A stretch of DNA of 46,481 nucleotides from Methanomassiliicoccus sp. (GTDB lineage Archaea > Thermoplasmatota > Thermoplasmata > Methanomassiliicoccales > UBA472): positions 1 to 46,481 of the forward strand of contig SPCU01000002.1 of NCBI GenBank assembly GCA_004525545.1. Reading direction: 5' to 3'. The notes under the pieces were generated by a model. The model did no database searches and was not told where the DNA came from. It saw nothing but the letters and a program-made list of their open reading frames with translations. The translations under genes were made by a program, and so were the position numbers. Of this stretch, positions 34,672 through 44,194 are shown in pieces (positions within the stretch are counted from its first letter, which is position 1; each line of letters opens with the position of its first letter).

Positions 34672-36221
34672 CTTATATCGAGGACAAAATCTCCCAGAAC
34701 ATGAAGGCCACCGATGTGTTGGAAGGTCTCAGCTATTCCGAGAAGAACGTGCTGGTGACCCTGCAGAGACTTAATGGCAGGGCATCACCGGACAAGGTCT
34801 TCGATGAGGGGGGATTCCAGCAGCTGGTGGAGGTCATGAACGCCGCCTCCTGGTTGCAATCAAAAGGCGCCCTGGAGATCGAGGAGAGCGCCCGCAAGAC
34901 CTATTGCCTGAAGGACCGCTCCTTGGTGGAGAAGGGCGTGCCTGAAAGGAGGGCATTGATCGCCATATCTCAAAAAACAGGGAGCATGGGAGTAAAGGAG
35001 CTCGAATCCGTCATGGGGAAGGATGAATCTTCCATGGCCATCGGCTGGCTTATGAAGAAAAAGCTCGCCCATTTGGATAAATCGGGTCCAGAGCCGATAT
35101 TGCACCTTACCCAAGAGGGGGAGAGATTTCAGGACAAAGAGATGTTGGACGAATCGCTGCTTCAGCAGTTGGGCGTCAGGGATCTCGATGAAGGAGAGGT
35201 GGACCCGAAGGCGCTGGACCTCCTCAAGGCGCGCAAGGGTGTACTACAGGAGAAGCTGTTAGTGTCCCGGACTCTGCGTCTAAGCAAGCTCGGTACCGAG
35301 ATATTGTCATTAGGAGTGCAGCTGACCGAGGAAGTTGCCCAGCTCACCCCTGAGCTGCTTCAGACCGGAAAATGGAAGGATGTGGATTTCCGCCGCTATG
35401 ATATCAGGACGTTCGCCCCTAGTCAATACCCGGCCAAGAAGCATCCCCTTACCAGAGTGGCCGATGAGGTGCGCCGTATCTTCATTCAGATGGGGTTCAC
35501 CGAGATCGATGACGAGTACGTTCAGCCGGCGTTCTGGAACATGGATGCGTTATTCACTCCCCAGGACCACCCGGCCCGCGACCTGCAGGACACCTTCTAC
35601 CTGAAGAACCCCTGCCGACTCCCTTTGGAGGACGAGGAGGTGGTGCGGAAGGTCAAGGCAGTGCACGAGGATGGCGGCGACACCGGATCAATGGGATGGC
35701 GTTACGCCTGGTCCAGGGAGGAGGCCGAAAGGGCCCTGCTCAGAACGCACACCACCGTCAACACGATCCGCTACCTTTCCAAGAACCCCGACCCCCCGTT
35801 GAAGGTCTTCTCCATCTCTCGCATATTCCGTAATGAGAGCATTGATATGACCCATCTGCCGGAGTTCGTGCAGATCGAAGGCATCATCATGGAAGAAGGT
35901 GCCAGCTTCGATATGCTGGTCAGCATGCTCAAGGAATTCTACCACCGCATGGGCTTCGACAAGGTAAGAGTGCGGCCAGGACCGTTTCCATATACCGAGC
36001 CATCATTGGAGGTGGACATTTACTTCAACGGCTCCTGGATGGAACTAGGAGGCGCGGGCGTTTTCAGACCGGAGGTCACCGGTCCCCTGGGGATCAAACA
36101 CCCAGTGCTGGCCTGGGGTTTGGGATTCGAAAGGCTAGCTATGTTGAAATGGAACCTCAAGGACATCCGAGAGCTGTACGTAACCGATCTGGACCTCCTC
36201 AGACAGAACCCGATCTTTTAA
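34668..36221 (+). CDS. pheS: phenylalanine--tRNA ligase alpha subunit (archaeal type)
   Basis: Class II motifs ISRIFRNE, GAGVFRPEV and GLGFERLAM, with a long N-terminal wHTH-repeat region. ATGA overlap with the upstream gene. Confidence 0.92.
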   Translation: MTYIEDKISQNMKATDVLEGLSYSEKNVLVTLQRLNGRASPDKVFDEGGFQQLVEVMNAASWLQSKGALEIEESARKTYCLKDRSLVEKGVPERRALIAISQKTGSMGVKELESVMGKDESSMAIGWLMKKKLAHLDKSGPEPILHLTQEGERFQDKEMLDESLLQQLGVRDLDEGEVDPKALDLLKARKGVLQEKLLVSRTLRLSKLGTEILSLGVQLTEEVAQLTPELLQTGKWKDVDFRRYDIRTFAPSQYPAKKHPLTRVADEVRRIFIQMGFTEIDDEYVQPAFWNMDALFTPQDHPARDLQDTFYLKNPCRLPLEDEEVVRKVKAVHEDGGDTGSMGWRYAWSREEAERALLRTHTTVNTIRYLSKNPDPPLKVFSISRIFRNESIDMTHLPEFVQIEGIIMEEGASFDMLVSMLKEFYHRMGFDKVRVRPGPFPYTEPSLEVDIYFNGSWMELGGAGVFRPEVTGPLGIKHPVLAWGLGFERLAMLKWNLKDIRELYVTDLDLLRQNPIF

Positions 36222-37488
36222 CGGAGGCCTTTTTAGCGTACTCCCGGGCCTTTTCCCTCATTTCCAAAGCGTCATAGCAGGCGGCCATGGCTTTGTAGAT
36301 GCCCCGCTTGTCGCCGGACCTTGCTAGACCCAGTGCCTTGCTGTAGTTGGCCAATGCTTCCTCCTTGCGATCAAGGAAAACCAGTGCCTCACCCTTGCGG
36401 GTGTATACCTCCTCCAGCAGGTCGGGATCGTTGATCCCTCCTCTCCGGTTCACCGATTCCAGCAGACGCAAGGCCTCACCATTCTGCCCTAGTTTCCCCA
36501 AGCAGATAGCGATATCGCAGTCCACCAATGGTGACGATCTTTGTTCTCCGGCCTGCCTCAGGTTCTCCAATGCCTCCTGCGCCTTTCCTTCGGCCAAAAG
36601 CAATCTACCTTTTAACACCAAGGCGTTTTGGATCTCCTCTGGATCGCCGGTCAGGAACATTTCCTCGGCCATCTTCAGGCCGTAGGTCAGGTCCTGGTTC
36701 CTTCTGGCCGATTCGCCCCTTGTGCGGCGTACCTCACGAGCGTACCGGGGTAGGATATCGTCCATCCTTTTCAGCGATTCTAGCATCTCCGGTCCCGCAG
36801 ACCGGGCCATTTGCCATCCTCGGTTTGCCAGGAGCATTTGCGCCTCCATGCACCGGCTCGCCTCCAGAAGGTGGTGCAATCGTTCTATGAAATCTCCCTC
36901 TGACAACCAATAATCGGCAGCAAAACTGTGTGCCTCCCGTAATGACGTCTTATCCAACAAAGCTGGTATGGAACTTCGCAGTGACGCTGGGATGTCCACC
37001 ATACCCTCCTTATTCTCGGGCAGCAGGCTTACATTGGCCGCCGGTAAAGCCGAGCGTTTGAATGGTTTGCGAAAGACCACCGACTTAGCCATTAATGCTT
37101 TCAGTTCAGGATTGAGCTGGGTCCAAAGTTCCTCCCCCTTGCATTTCTTGAGATCCAGCAAGGGCATGATCTCGATGCCCTGGCGAGTGGCGAAATCCTT
37201 GAGGTTCCTAGCCCTATCCTCACCTGATTGGGTGAGGAAGTACACCTTGCGCTTGACCGCTCCGGCCTTAATGTGGGATATTCTCTCCGCCACGGTTCCC
37301 GCCCCTTTCAGCTTCTTCAGCTCTATAGCAGCGTGCGCCCTGGATATCCTTAAGGCCTCACCGATGCCATCCTGACTCACCTCGAACGGTACATCGAAAT
37401 CGTTCTGATTCTTTGAATATTGAGCCAGATGGAGCACTATCCTTTCCCCGACCGTGATTGGCGTCGCCATTTCAATCCAATCGTTCAA
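36199..37488 (-). CDS. N-terminal winged-helix plus TPR-repeat protein
   Basis: wHTH-like N-terminus (VSQDGIGEALRISRAHAAIELKKL). The C-terminal TPR-like repeats include AEGKAQEALENLRQA, LGQNGEALRLLE, KEEALANYSKALGL and EKAREYAKKA. Confidence 0.65.
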   Translation of the reverse strand: MNDWIEMATPITVGERIVLHLAQYSKNQNDFDVPFEVSQDGIGEALRISRAHAAIELKKLKGAGTVAERISHIKAGAVKRKVYFLTQSGEDRARNLKDFATRQGIEIMPLLDLKKCKGEELWTQLNPELKALMAKSVVFRKPFKRSALPAANVSLLPENKEGMVDIPASLRSSIPALLDKTSLREAHSFAADYWLSEGDFIERLHHLLEASRCMEAQMLLANRGWQMARSAGPEMLESLKRMDDILPRYAREVRRTRGESARRNQDLTYGLKMAEEMFLTGDPEEIQNALVLKGRLLLAEGKAQEALENLRQAGEQRSSPLVDCDIAICLGKLGQNGEALRLLESVNRRGGINDPDLLEEVYTRKGEALVFLDRKEEALANYSKALGLARSGDKRGIYKAMAACYDALEMREKAREYAKKASVKRSGSV

Positions 37489-37617
37489 TGATCGGTCGCC
37501 TTATACCCCATGCGGTTACATGTAGCATGATTGATAATCAGAAAAAAATGCTGAGCGCCCTGAAATGATGGGGAGAACTTCCATAACGGTAATATGCTCT
37601 GAGGGAATTGGCCGGTC

Positions 37618-38454
37618 ATGCGACTCCTAGTGTGCTCAACGCCAGATGTTGCCAGCGTTAATCTGCGCGACCGTTTGCTGGAGATCGCTGATTGGAAGGA
37701 AGAGGGTCAGTTCCAGGGACGGCCCTGTTATCTGCTGAAGGATCTGTATCTAGTGACAAGCGATACCTTGCACCTTGATCTGGATCACGTCGATCGGCTG
37801 GTGAATGAAGCGACCGGGGTGATCGTGAACGAGGTGGTCTTCCTATCAAAGCATCGCGCCGCTTCGGGAATGCCTACCTTGACCATGCACCCCATAGGCA
37901 ACTTCGGAAAGGCGGACCATGGGGGGAGGGAGAGGACCCTGGTGCCGTCGTCCCCGGCGTTCCTCAGCGGAATTCTCCGAGAACTGGCCATCAGGGGGAA
38001 AGAACTTCCCTTCCAGATATCCTATGAGGTCACCCACCACGGACCATACTTGGAGGTTCCTACGACCTATGTCGAGATAGGCAGCGATGAGAGCAAGTGG
38101 GGGCATCTGGGCGCCGCTAAGGCTCTGGCGGAGGCTATTTTGAACTGGCGGGCGATCGATGGCCCTGTCGTCATCGGGGTCGGCGGAGGGCATTACGCCC
38201 CCAGGTTCACCGAGGTCACCCTGGCGAAGAAGTTGAACTTTGGGCACATGGTGGCAAAGCACGTCCTGGAAGCAGGGGGTGACGAACACATCTTATCCTC
38301 GATCACCTTGGCAATGAAGGCTAGCGGAACTGACATCGCCTATGTGCACAAGAAATCGTTCTCCCGACCGGAGGCCCGTCGCATCAAGGACCTGATCGAG
38401 GGAGCGGGCTTCAGGGTGCTGGAGAGCGAGAACCTGGAAGACCTTCAGAGTTGA
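37618..38454 (+). CDS. dtdA: D-aminoacyl-tRNA deacylase, archaeal DTD2 type
   Basis: Layout matches the archaeal DTD2 family: MRLLVCSTPDVASVNLRDRLLE, SKHRAASG..TLTMHPIGN, EVTHHGP, GGGHYAPRF. Confidence 0.85.
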   Translation: MRLLVCSTPDVASVNLRDRLLEIADWKEEGQFQGRPCYLLKDLYLVTSDTLHLDLDHVDRLVNEATGVIVNEVVFLSKHRAASGMPTLTMHPIGNFGKADHGGRERTLVPSSPAFLSGILRELAIRGKELPFQISYEVTHHGPYLEVPTTYVEIGSDESKWGHLGAAKALAEAILNWRAIDGPVVIGVGGGHYAPRFTEVTLAKKLNFGHMVAKHVLEAGGDEHILSSITLAMKASGTDIAYVHKKSFSRPEARRIKDLIEGAGFRVLESENLEDLQS

Positions 38455-39143
38455 TCCCACTCGTTCCTGTCCTCGGAAATTAGGGCATAACCGCACGATG
38501 GGCAAGCCTTCCATCCGGGCTGCATCTCCTCCTGGCAGGATGGACATCGAGGTAGCTTGACGGATGTCTCTGGTGGTTTCCATTCCTTTTGACCAATGGG
38601 GCGCATGCTGCGTTGGGTCAACCCCTGGAATCCTGATGCTGGCTTTGCCCCTTTTTGGGATATTGTCGTGTTCATCAAAGAACCGGACATGACCAATATA
38701 GCCCCGATGACGTTCAGGAAAGCCCCGATACCGTATTTTACATCCTGTCCTTGGTATTCCTTCTGCAATAGCAATATCACAAGGATTATCAACATGGATA
38801 CGCCGATTGCCACCACCACTTGCATCAAGGGGGCCTTCCTCCTCCCTTTGGATGGTCGGTAGACGTGAATTAATGAGATCGCTGAAAAAACCATCAGCAG
38901 TGCTCCCAGTATCGGGACGCACAGCGCGGTGATGTATAGGATATCGATGTCCAGTAATCCCAGCGTGTACACGAAGCTGCCCTGCATATCGATCCATGGA
39001 AGCAAGGAGGACAAGGAGATCAATAGACCGCCTAGGATGGTGAAGGCGCCTCCGGTCAATAGGGCGTCATGCTGCACCTGGGTAAGCTTTGAAGATGACT
39101 TCGACTGGACCTTCTTAGGGGAGGGAGCTGCCGCCTTGACCAA
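38445..39143 (-). CDS. membrane protein with Lys-rich N-terminal region and C-terminal zinc ribbon
   Basis: About 4 TM helices, then RCPSCQEE...CPSCGY. The track ORF extends to 39371 and overlaps pyrH, but no ATG lies between the pyrH stop and the first TM. Candidate starts are TTG at 39143 or GTG at 39077, so the start is uncertain. Confidence 0.5.
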   Translation of the reverse strand: MVKAAAPSPKKVQSKSSSKLTQVQHDALLTGGAFTILGGLLISLSSLLPWIDMQGSFVYTLGLLDIDILYITALCVPILGALLMVFSAISLIHVYRPSKGRRKAPLMQVVVAIGVSMLIILVILLLQKEYQGQDVKYGIGAFLNVIGAILVMSGSLMNTTISQKGAKPASGFQGLTQRSMRPIGQKEWKPPETSVKLPRCPSCQEEMQPGWKACPSCGYALISEDRNEWDQL

Positions 39144-39219
39144 CTCTTTTTTAGAAGCCGGCTGCTTCTTTTTTTTGGCCTGCTGTTTCTTCTTGTCAGG
39201 CTTCCTCTTTCCAAAGATG

Positions 39220-39903
39220 CTAATCTGAAACCACCGTCCCTTTGATGGGCTTTCCCTCAATGGCCGATCGCATCTCTTCCATATCGCGGCCATTGACAAT
39301 ATAGATATCAATATGATTGTCCCGGGCGATCTGCGCGCCCAGCTTGTCAAAGACGTTGGATGGGCCGGCACCGTGCAGCCCCATATTGACCAGTTCGTAC
39401 AGATGCTGATGGGTTATCGACGAAAGGCGTTCAGCCTTAGGGTCCTTCTTAGGATCGGCGGTGTATGCGGCGTCGACCGAGGTTCCATTAATGATCCGTA
39501 CCGCTCCCACCTCCTTTGCTAGCATTGATGAGACAGCGTCTGTGGTGTGTCCGGGAACGGTACCTCCCATGACCACGACCTTTCCTTTGCATTCCAGACG
39601 TTGGGCTTCGATGATGTCTTCAGGGATCTTGATCGCCGAAATCTCCCCCAAAGTATAGGACACCAACTTAGCGTTCAAACGCGTGGCCATGATGCCCATA
39701 TCATCCAGTTGATCCTCGGAAAGATCAAGGGAGCGCCCTAGGCGGATGTAGTATCGAGCGACCTTGCCACCTCCGCAGACCAGGTAAATTTGATAGTTAT
39801 CGCATAGCTCGCTCACCATCTTCGCTAAGCGCTTCAAAAAGACGTCGTCCTTGTCATCTGGCACGATCACGGAGCCGCCGAGGGAGACCACTACCTTGTC
39901 CAT
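39220..39903 (-). CDS. pyrH: uridylate (UMP) kinase, archaeal type
   Basis: Amino-acid-kinase fold. MDKVVVSLGGSVI, LVCGGGKVAR, VVMGGTVPGHTTD. Ends in TAG. Confidence 0.9.
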   Translation of the reverse strand: MDKVVVSLGGSVIVPDDKDDVFLKRLAKMVSELCDNYQIYLVCGGGKVARYYIRLGRSLDLSEDQLDDMGIMATRLNAKLVSYTLGEISAIKIPEDIIEAQRLECKGKVVVMGGTVPGHTTDAVSSMLAKEVGAVRIINGTSVDAAYTADPKKDPKAERLSSITHQHLYELVNMGLHGAGPSNVFDKLGAQIARDNHIDIYIVNGRDMEEMRSAIEGKPIKGTVVSD

Positions 39904-39966
39904 TAGTATACCAACAGATATAAGTCAGGAATCGTTTTCACCTAAAAAAAGGATAGGTTTCAGATA

Positions 39967-41214
39967 ATGGTTGGAATAACAGGCGATATCCTCTCGGATC
40001 GGCAGAAATACGATTTCAAGAGGGCTCTGGAAGAGATCATGGACCTGAAAGGACGGGGCACAGAGCTCATCTCAGTTTACGTGCCGTCCGGCAAGCAGAT
40101 CTCCGACGTTGCAGCATATCTCCGAGAGGAGTTCTCCCAATCATCCAACATCAAGTCGGCGAGCACGCGCAAGAACGTGCAGGGAGCCATCCAATCCATA
40201 TTGGCCAGACTGAAATACTTTAAGCATCCCCCGGCCAACGGCATTATTTTCTTCGTGGGAGAGATCTCCGCCTCAGGTGATCAAACAAGGATGGTCCAGT
40301 ACGTGCTGGAACCACCAGAACCGATCACCACCTTCCTCTACCGATGCGATTCCGACTTCCATCTGGAACCACTGAAGGACATGCTTCTGGAAAAGAAGGT
40401 GTACGGTCTTGTGGTGATAGACCGTGGCGAGGCCACTGTGGGCTTGCTAAGGGGGAGGACCATCACCGTCATCCGCAACCTACCCTCCTTGGTGCCCAGC
40501 AAGCATCGGATGGGAGGTCAGTCGGCCCAACGTTTCGAAAGGCTCATCGAGATCGCGGCCAATGAGTATTACAAGAAGGTCGCCGACATCGTGGCCGACT
40601 CCATGCTGAACCTTGAGGGACTGGAGGGGATCCTGGTCGGAGGACCTGGCCCCAGTAAGGAGTTCTTCGTCAAGGAAGGGTATCTGCACCATGAGCTCGC
40701 TAAAAAAGTGATCGATTCGTTCGACATCGGCTACACCGACGAATACGGCTTGAAAGAGCTGGTGGACAAGGCCAAGGACAAGCTTTACGACCTTGACCTC
40801 ATGAGGGAGAAGCGCTTCTTCCAAAAGTTTCTGGAAGAAGTGCGCAAGACCGATGATAGCCTGGCAGTCTATGGCGAGGACCATGTGCGCAACGCCATAA
40901 TGATCGGGGCGGTGGACACACTGCTATTGTCCGAGGGACTGAGAAAGAGGCGTATCACCATCGAATGCCCCGCCTGCGGTACTGTGGAAAAGACCTTCGA
41001 CAATCATCCGGAAGGTAGCAGCATGCCCTGTCCCAAGTGCAATGGCATAGGCAATGTGGTCAAGGATATCGATCTGGTCGATGACATGTTCGACCAGGCA
41101 GGTCTTATGGGCACCAAGGTGGAATTGATCTCCCACGAATCCGAAGAGGGGGATATGCTCTTGAAGGCCTTCGGTGGCATCGTCGGACTCCTGAGATTTA
41201 GCATAGGTGCTTAA
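39967..41214 (+). CDS. prf1: peptide chain release factor aRF1
   Basis: NIKS (SSNIKSAS) and GGQ (HRMGGQSAQRF) motifs, and a C-terminal domain carrying a Zn-ribbon insertion (CPAC...CPKC). Confidence 0.93.
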   Translation: MVGITGDILSDRQKYDFKRALEEIMDLKGRGTELISVYVPSGKQISDVAAYLREEFSQSSNIKSASTRKNVQGAIQSILARLKYFKHPPANGIIFFVGEISASGDQTRMVQYVLEPPEPITTFLYRCDSDFHLEPLKDMLLEKKVYGLVVIDRGEATVGLLRGRTITVIRNLPSLVPSKHRMGGQSAQRFERLIEIAANEYYKKVADIVADSMLNLEGLEGILVGGPGPSKEFFVKEGYLHHELAKKVIDSFDIGYTDEYGLKELVDKAKDKLYDLDLMREKRFFQKFLEEVRKTDDSLAVYGEDHVRNAIMIGAVDTLLLSEGLRKRRITIECPACGTVEKTFDNHPEGSSMPCPKCNGIGNVVKDIDLVDDMFDQAGLMGTKVELISHESEEGDMLLKAFGGIVGLLRFSIGA

Positions 41215-42927
41215 ATGGACGCTCTGGGTCATTTCGAATCGAGTATCAAGGAACGTTTGTCTAAAGAACTGACATCGTTAGGGTTCACCGGGGATTTCAC
41301 GTTGGAACGACCGGACCATGAGATGGCCGATCTCGCCCTACCGTGCTTCCAGTTCGCCAAGTCTTTGCGCAAGGCGCCCCAGGTCATTGCAAAGGAGCTC
41401 TGCGCATCATTATCGCCAGACGAACACATCGGCAAGGTGTGGGAGGACCGAGGATATCTGAACTTCCGGGTGAACGAGTCATTGCTGGGCCCTTTGGTGA
41501 TCCATGAAGCTTTGGACCACCGAGAGAATTTCGGACGGGGAGTCCCTCGTCCTGGACGGATATTGCTGGAGCACACTTCGGTAAATCCAACTGGCCCCAT
41601 TCACGTCGGCAGGGCGCGCAATCCCCTGATCGGAGACACCCTGGCGAGATGCCTCCGCATGTGCGGACATCAGGTCATCACCGAGTATTACGTGAACGAT
41701 GTGGGGAAGCAGGTGGTGTTGCTGACATGGGCCTTGGCGCATCTCACAGAGAAGGATGTGCCCCCAGCTGACCGGGAGAAGACGGACTACAAGTTGGTGG
41801 GATATTACCAGGTCGCAAACAAGCTCATGGAATCGTCGACCGAGGTGGCGGCGGAGATATCGCAGATGACCCAGCGCTTTGAGGCTGGTGACCCAGATAC
41901 CATCATGAACGTGCGGCGAACCGTGGACATGATGCTTGACGGCATCCGGGAGAGCCTGAGCAGCATCAACGTCACTCTGGACCATTACACTTTTGAATCG
42001 CAGTACATCCTAGATGGCAGCGCCCGGGATGTGGTGGAGAGATTGAAGGCCTCGGATTACGCCATGGTCGAGGATGGTGCCGACTACCTAAACCTGGAGG
42101 AGTTCGGGGTGCATGGACGTGATACCCGCTTCTTCTTCACCCGCAAGGATGGAACAACACTGTACACCACCAGGGACCTGGCATACCATTTGGACAAGTT
42201 CCGCCGAGCGGAGCAACTGCTGAACATACTTGGTGAGGATCAAAAACTGGGCCAGAAACAGCTTGCCTCAGCATTGCAGATACTTGGCTCGGAGCGAATA
42301 CCGGAATGCATATACTATTCCTTCGTCTCCCTTCCAGAGGGGCGAATGTCCACCAGGAAAGGCCTGGTGGTCTACCTGGATGACCTACTGGACGAGGCGG
42401 TGGAGCGCGCCTATAACGAAGTGTGCACCAGGCGCCCGGACCTGGACGACGATAAGAAGAGGCAGATCGCCAAGGACATCGGTGTGAGCGCGGTCCGCTA
42501 CAACATGATCCGAGTTCAGGCAGAGAAGCAGCTCATATTCAAATGGGAGGAGGCGTTGAACTTTGAGGGCAACAGTGCCCCCTTCGTGCAGTACGCCCAT
42601 GCCCGTTGCTGCAGCATTCTAAGGAAGATAGGAGAATATAATAAACAGGCCGACCTTTCGGTACTATCGGACCCATTCGAGCGTAGGCTCATATGGACAC
42701 TGGCACAGTTCCCGGAAGTGGTCATGCAGGCGGGGGAGAAGCGACGCATCAATATGCTCCCGATCTATGGTCACGAGCTAGCCTCGGCCCTTAACCAGTT
42801 CTATGGGGCGGTGCAGGTGTTGAGGTCTGAGCATCAGGATGCCCGGCTCTGCTTGGTGGAGGCGACGCGCTGGGCTTTGCATAATGCCCTGATCACTATG
42901 GGAATAGCTGCTCCGGAGGAGATGTAA
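41215..42927 (+). CDS. argS: arginine--tRNA ligase
   Basis: NPTGPIHVGRARN (HIGH-type), MSTRKG (KMSK-type), and a C-terminal DALR-type anticodon-binding region. The start directly follows the prf1 TAA. Confidence 0.92.
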   Translation: MDALGHFESSIKERLSKELTSLGFTGDFTLERPDHEMADLALPCFQFAKSLRKAPQVIAKELCASLSPDEHIGKVWEDRGYLNFRVNESLLGPLVIHEALDHRENFGRGVPRPGRILLEHTSVNPTGPIHVGRARNPLIGDTLARCLRMCGHQVITEYYVNDVGKQVVLLTWALAHLTEKDVPPADREKTDYKLVGYYQVANKLMESSTEVAAEISQMTQRFEAGDPDTIMNVRRTVDMMLDGIRESLSSINVTLDHYTFESQYILDGSARDVVERLKASDYAMVEDGADYLNLEEFGVHGRDTRFFFTRKDGTTLYTTRDLAYHLDKFRRAEQLLNILGEDQKLGQKQLASALQILGSERIPECIYYSFVSLPEGRMSTRKGLVVYLDDLLDEAVERAYNEVCTRRPDLDDDKKRQIAKDIGVSAVRYNMIRVQAEKQLIFKWEEALNFEGNSAPFVQYAHARCCSILRKIGEYNKQADLSVLSDPFERRLIWTLAQFPEVVMQAGEKRRINMLPIYGHELASALNQFYGAVQVLRSEHQDARLCLVEATRWALHNALITMGIAAPEEM

Positions 42928-43418
42928 TGGTAGAGATAAGGAAGATCAAGGAAGAGGACAGGTCGCACGTGAGGACCTTAGAACTGTTCTGTATCAGGGA
43001 TTACATGGAGAGCTCCTTACAGAAGAGTTGGGATGATCTACCATCAGAACTGATGGAACAACTGGGGGCCTCGGCCAAGGATTCTTTCGAGTTCTACAGG
43101 GAAAGCGGCATGAGCTACGTGGCCATGGAGAAGGGGCAAGTGATCGGATTCCTCTTCTCACAGATGATCCAATACGTCAACAACATCGAGAAGGTGCTTT
43201 GGATCGAGAACGTGGGCGTACACCCGGACCACCGGCGCAAGGGGGTCGGGCTGAAACTGCTGAGGAAAGCGGCGTTAGACTCCAAAAAGAAAGGCGCGAA
43301 GGCCGTTCAGAGCGTCATTATGCCTGACAGCAAGAACGCCGTGATGCTGCACAAGAAGGTGGGTTTTTTCATGGACGGCAGGAAGTTCGCCTTCCTGGAC
43401 CTGGAAAACTTTCAGTAG
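42927..43418 (+). CDS. GNAT-family N-acetyltransferase
   Basis: Acetyl-CoA motif VHPDHRRKGVGLKLL. TAATG overlap with argS. Confidence 0.8.
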   Translation: MVEIRKIKEEDRSHVRTLELFCIRDYMESSLQKSWDDLPSELMEQLGASAKDSFEFYRESGMSYVAMEKGQVIGFLFSQMIQYVNNIEKVLWIENVGVHPDHRRKGVGLKLLRKAALDSKKKGAKAVQSVIMPDSKNAVMLHKKVGFFMDGRKFAFLDLENFQ

Positions 43419-44153
43419 TTAGAACTGGAGGATGAACTCCTCCCTTCCATATTTTTCTTCGATCAGCTCCTTGACCCGTCCGTTCTCCCGCTCGTTGACC
43501 GGGATCGTGACGGCCCTTTGATCGATAGCGGCTGCAAAGGCCTGCATAATAACGTGCTTGACCTCGCCCATTTCCACCGATCGTCCCATCTCCTCGCGCA
43601 GACAGGTCATCTCGTAGCGGGTCCTTGACCTCTTATCCCCGTGGGGACGAAGGACCTTGACCATGAGGTCCAGATCCGTATCCACCAGCATCGTGCCGTG
43701 TATCAGGAGCATGCCGTGCTTCCGGGTCTGGGCGCTGCCTGATATCTTCTTTCCTTGGACCAGGACGTCATTGGGTGGTTTGTGCTCCGCCTCCACGCCT
43801 AAACTTTTCAAGGCGGATACCAGAACGGAGCAGGCGAGGGCATAGGCCTGGTCCGGGCGGGGAAGCGAACCCTGATCTATCGTTAGGGAGAAAATCAACT
43901 GTCCCCGATCGGTAAATATGGTGCTCCCCCCGGACATTCGTCTGACCAGGAAGATGTTCTCCTGCAACAGTGCGTCCATGTCCACTGTCTCTGACACCCT
44001 TTCGAAGTAGCCCAAGGAGACCGTCGGTCGGTCCCTTATATAAAAGTGCAGTGTGGGAGGCATGAGCCCCTTGGCACACGATTCCATTATGGCTTCCTCC
44101 AATGCGACGGAATAAAGTGGATGACAGATGCCGGAGTCGATTAGCCTAAGCAT
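43419..44153 (-). CDS. lplA: lipoate-protein ligase A family protein (catalytic domain)
   Basis: PTLHFY, RRMSGGSTIF and the lysine motif GKKISGSAQ. Confidence 0.82.
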   Translation of the reverse strand: MLRLIDSGICHPLYSVALEEAIMESCAKGLMPPTLHFYIRDRPTVSLGYFERVSETVDMDALLQENIFLVRRMSGGSTIFTDRGQLIFSLTIDQGSLPRPDQAYALACSVLVSALKSLGVEAEHKPPNDVLVQGKKISGSAQTRKHGMLLIHGTMLVDTDLDLMVKVLRPHGDKRSRTRYEMTCLREEMGRSVEMGEVKHVIMQAFAAAIDQRAVTIPVNERENGRVKELIEEKYGREEFILQF

Positions 44154-44194
44154 TGAATAAAAAAAAGAAAGAGGATGGTTAAAGGGTTTGCGGC

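Noticed and set aside
37565-37602. C/D-box sRNA-like elements (ATGATGG ... CTGA) in the divergent intergenic region before dtdA.
   Set aside because: The C box is imperfect. The spacing (~38 nt) is too short for a C/D-C'/D' sRNA, there are no terminal pairing or internal boxes, and the region is more simply a divergent promoter.
7211-39940. ATCGTT(T) hexamer or heptamer seen in several promoter-proximal gaps: upstream of the arsA-like gene (~7211-7217, minus strand), of prf1 (~39931-39940), of the rhodanese gene (~21868), and in the TPR/dtdA gap (~37484).
   Set aside because: The same hexamer also occurs inside coding regions (for example ~21943 and ~22195), and spacing relative to the TATA-like elements is not uniform. 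Enrichment cannot be claimed without a genome-wide count against a background model.
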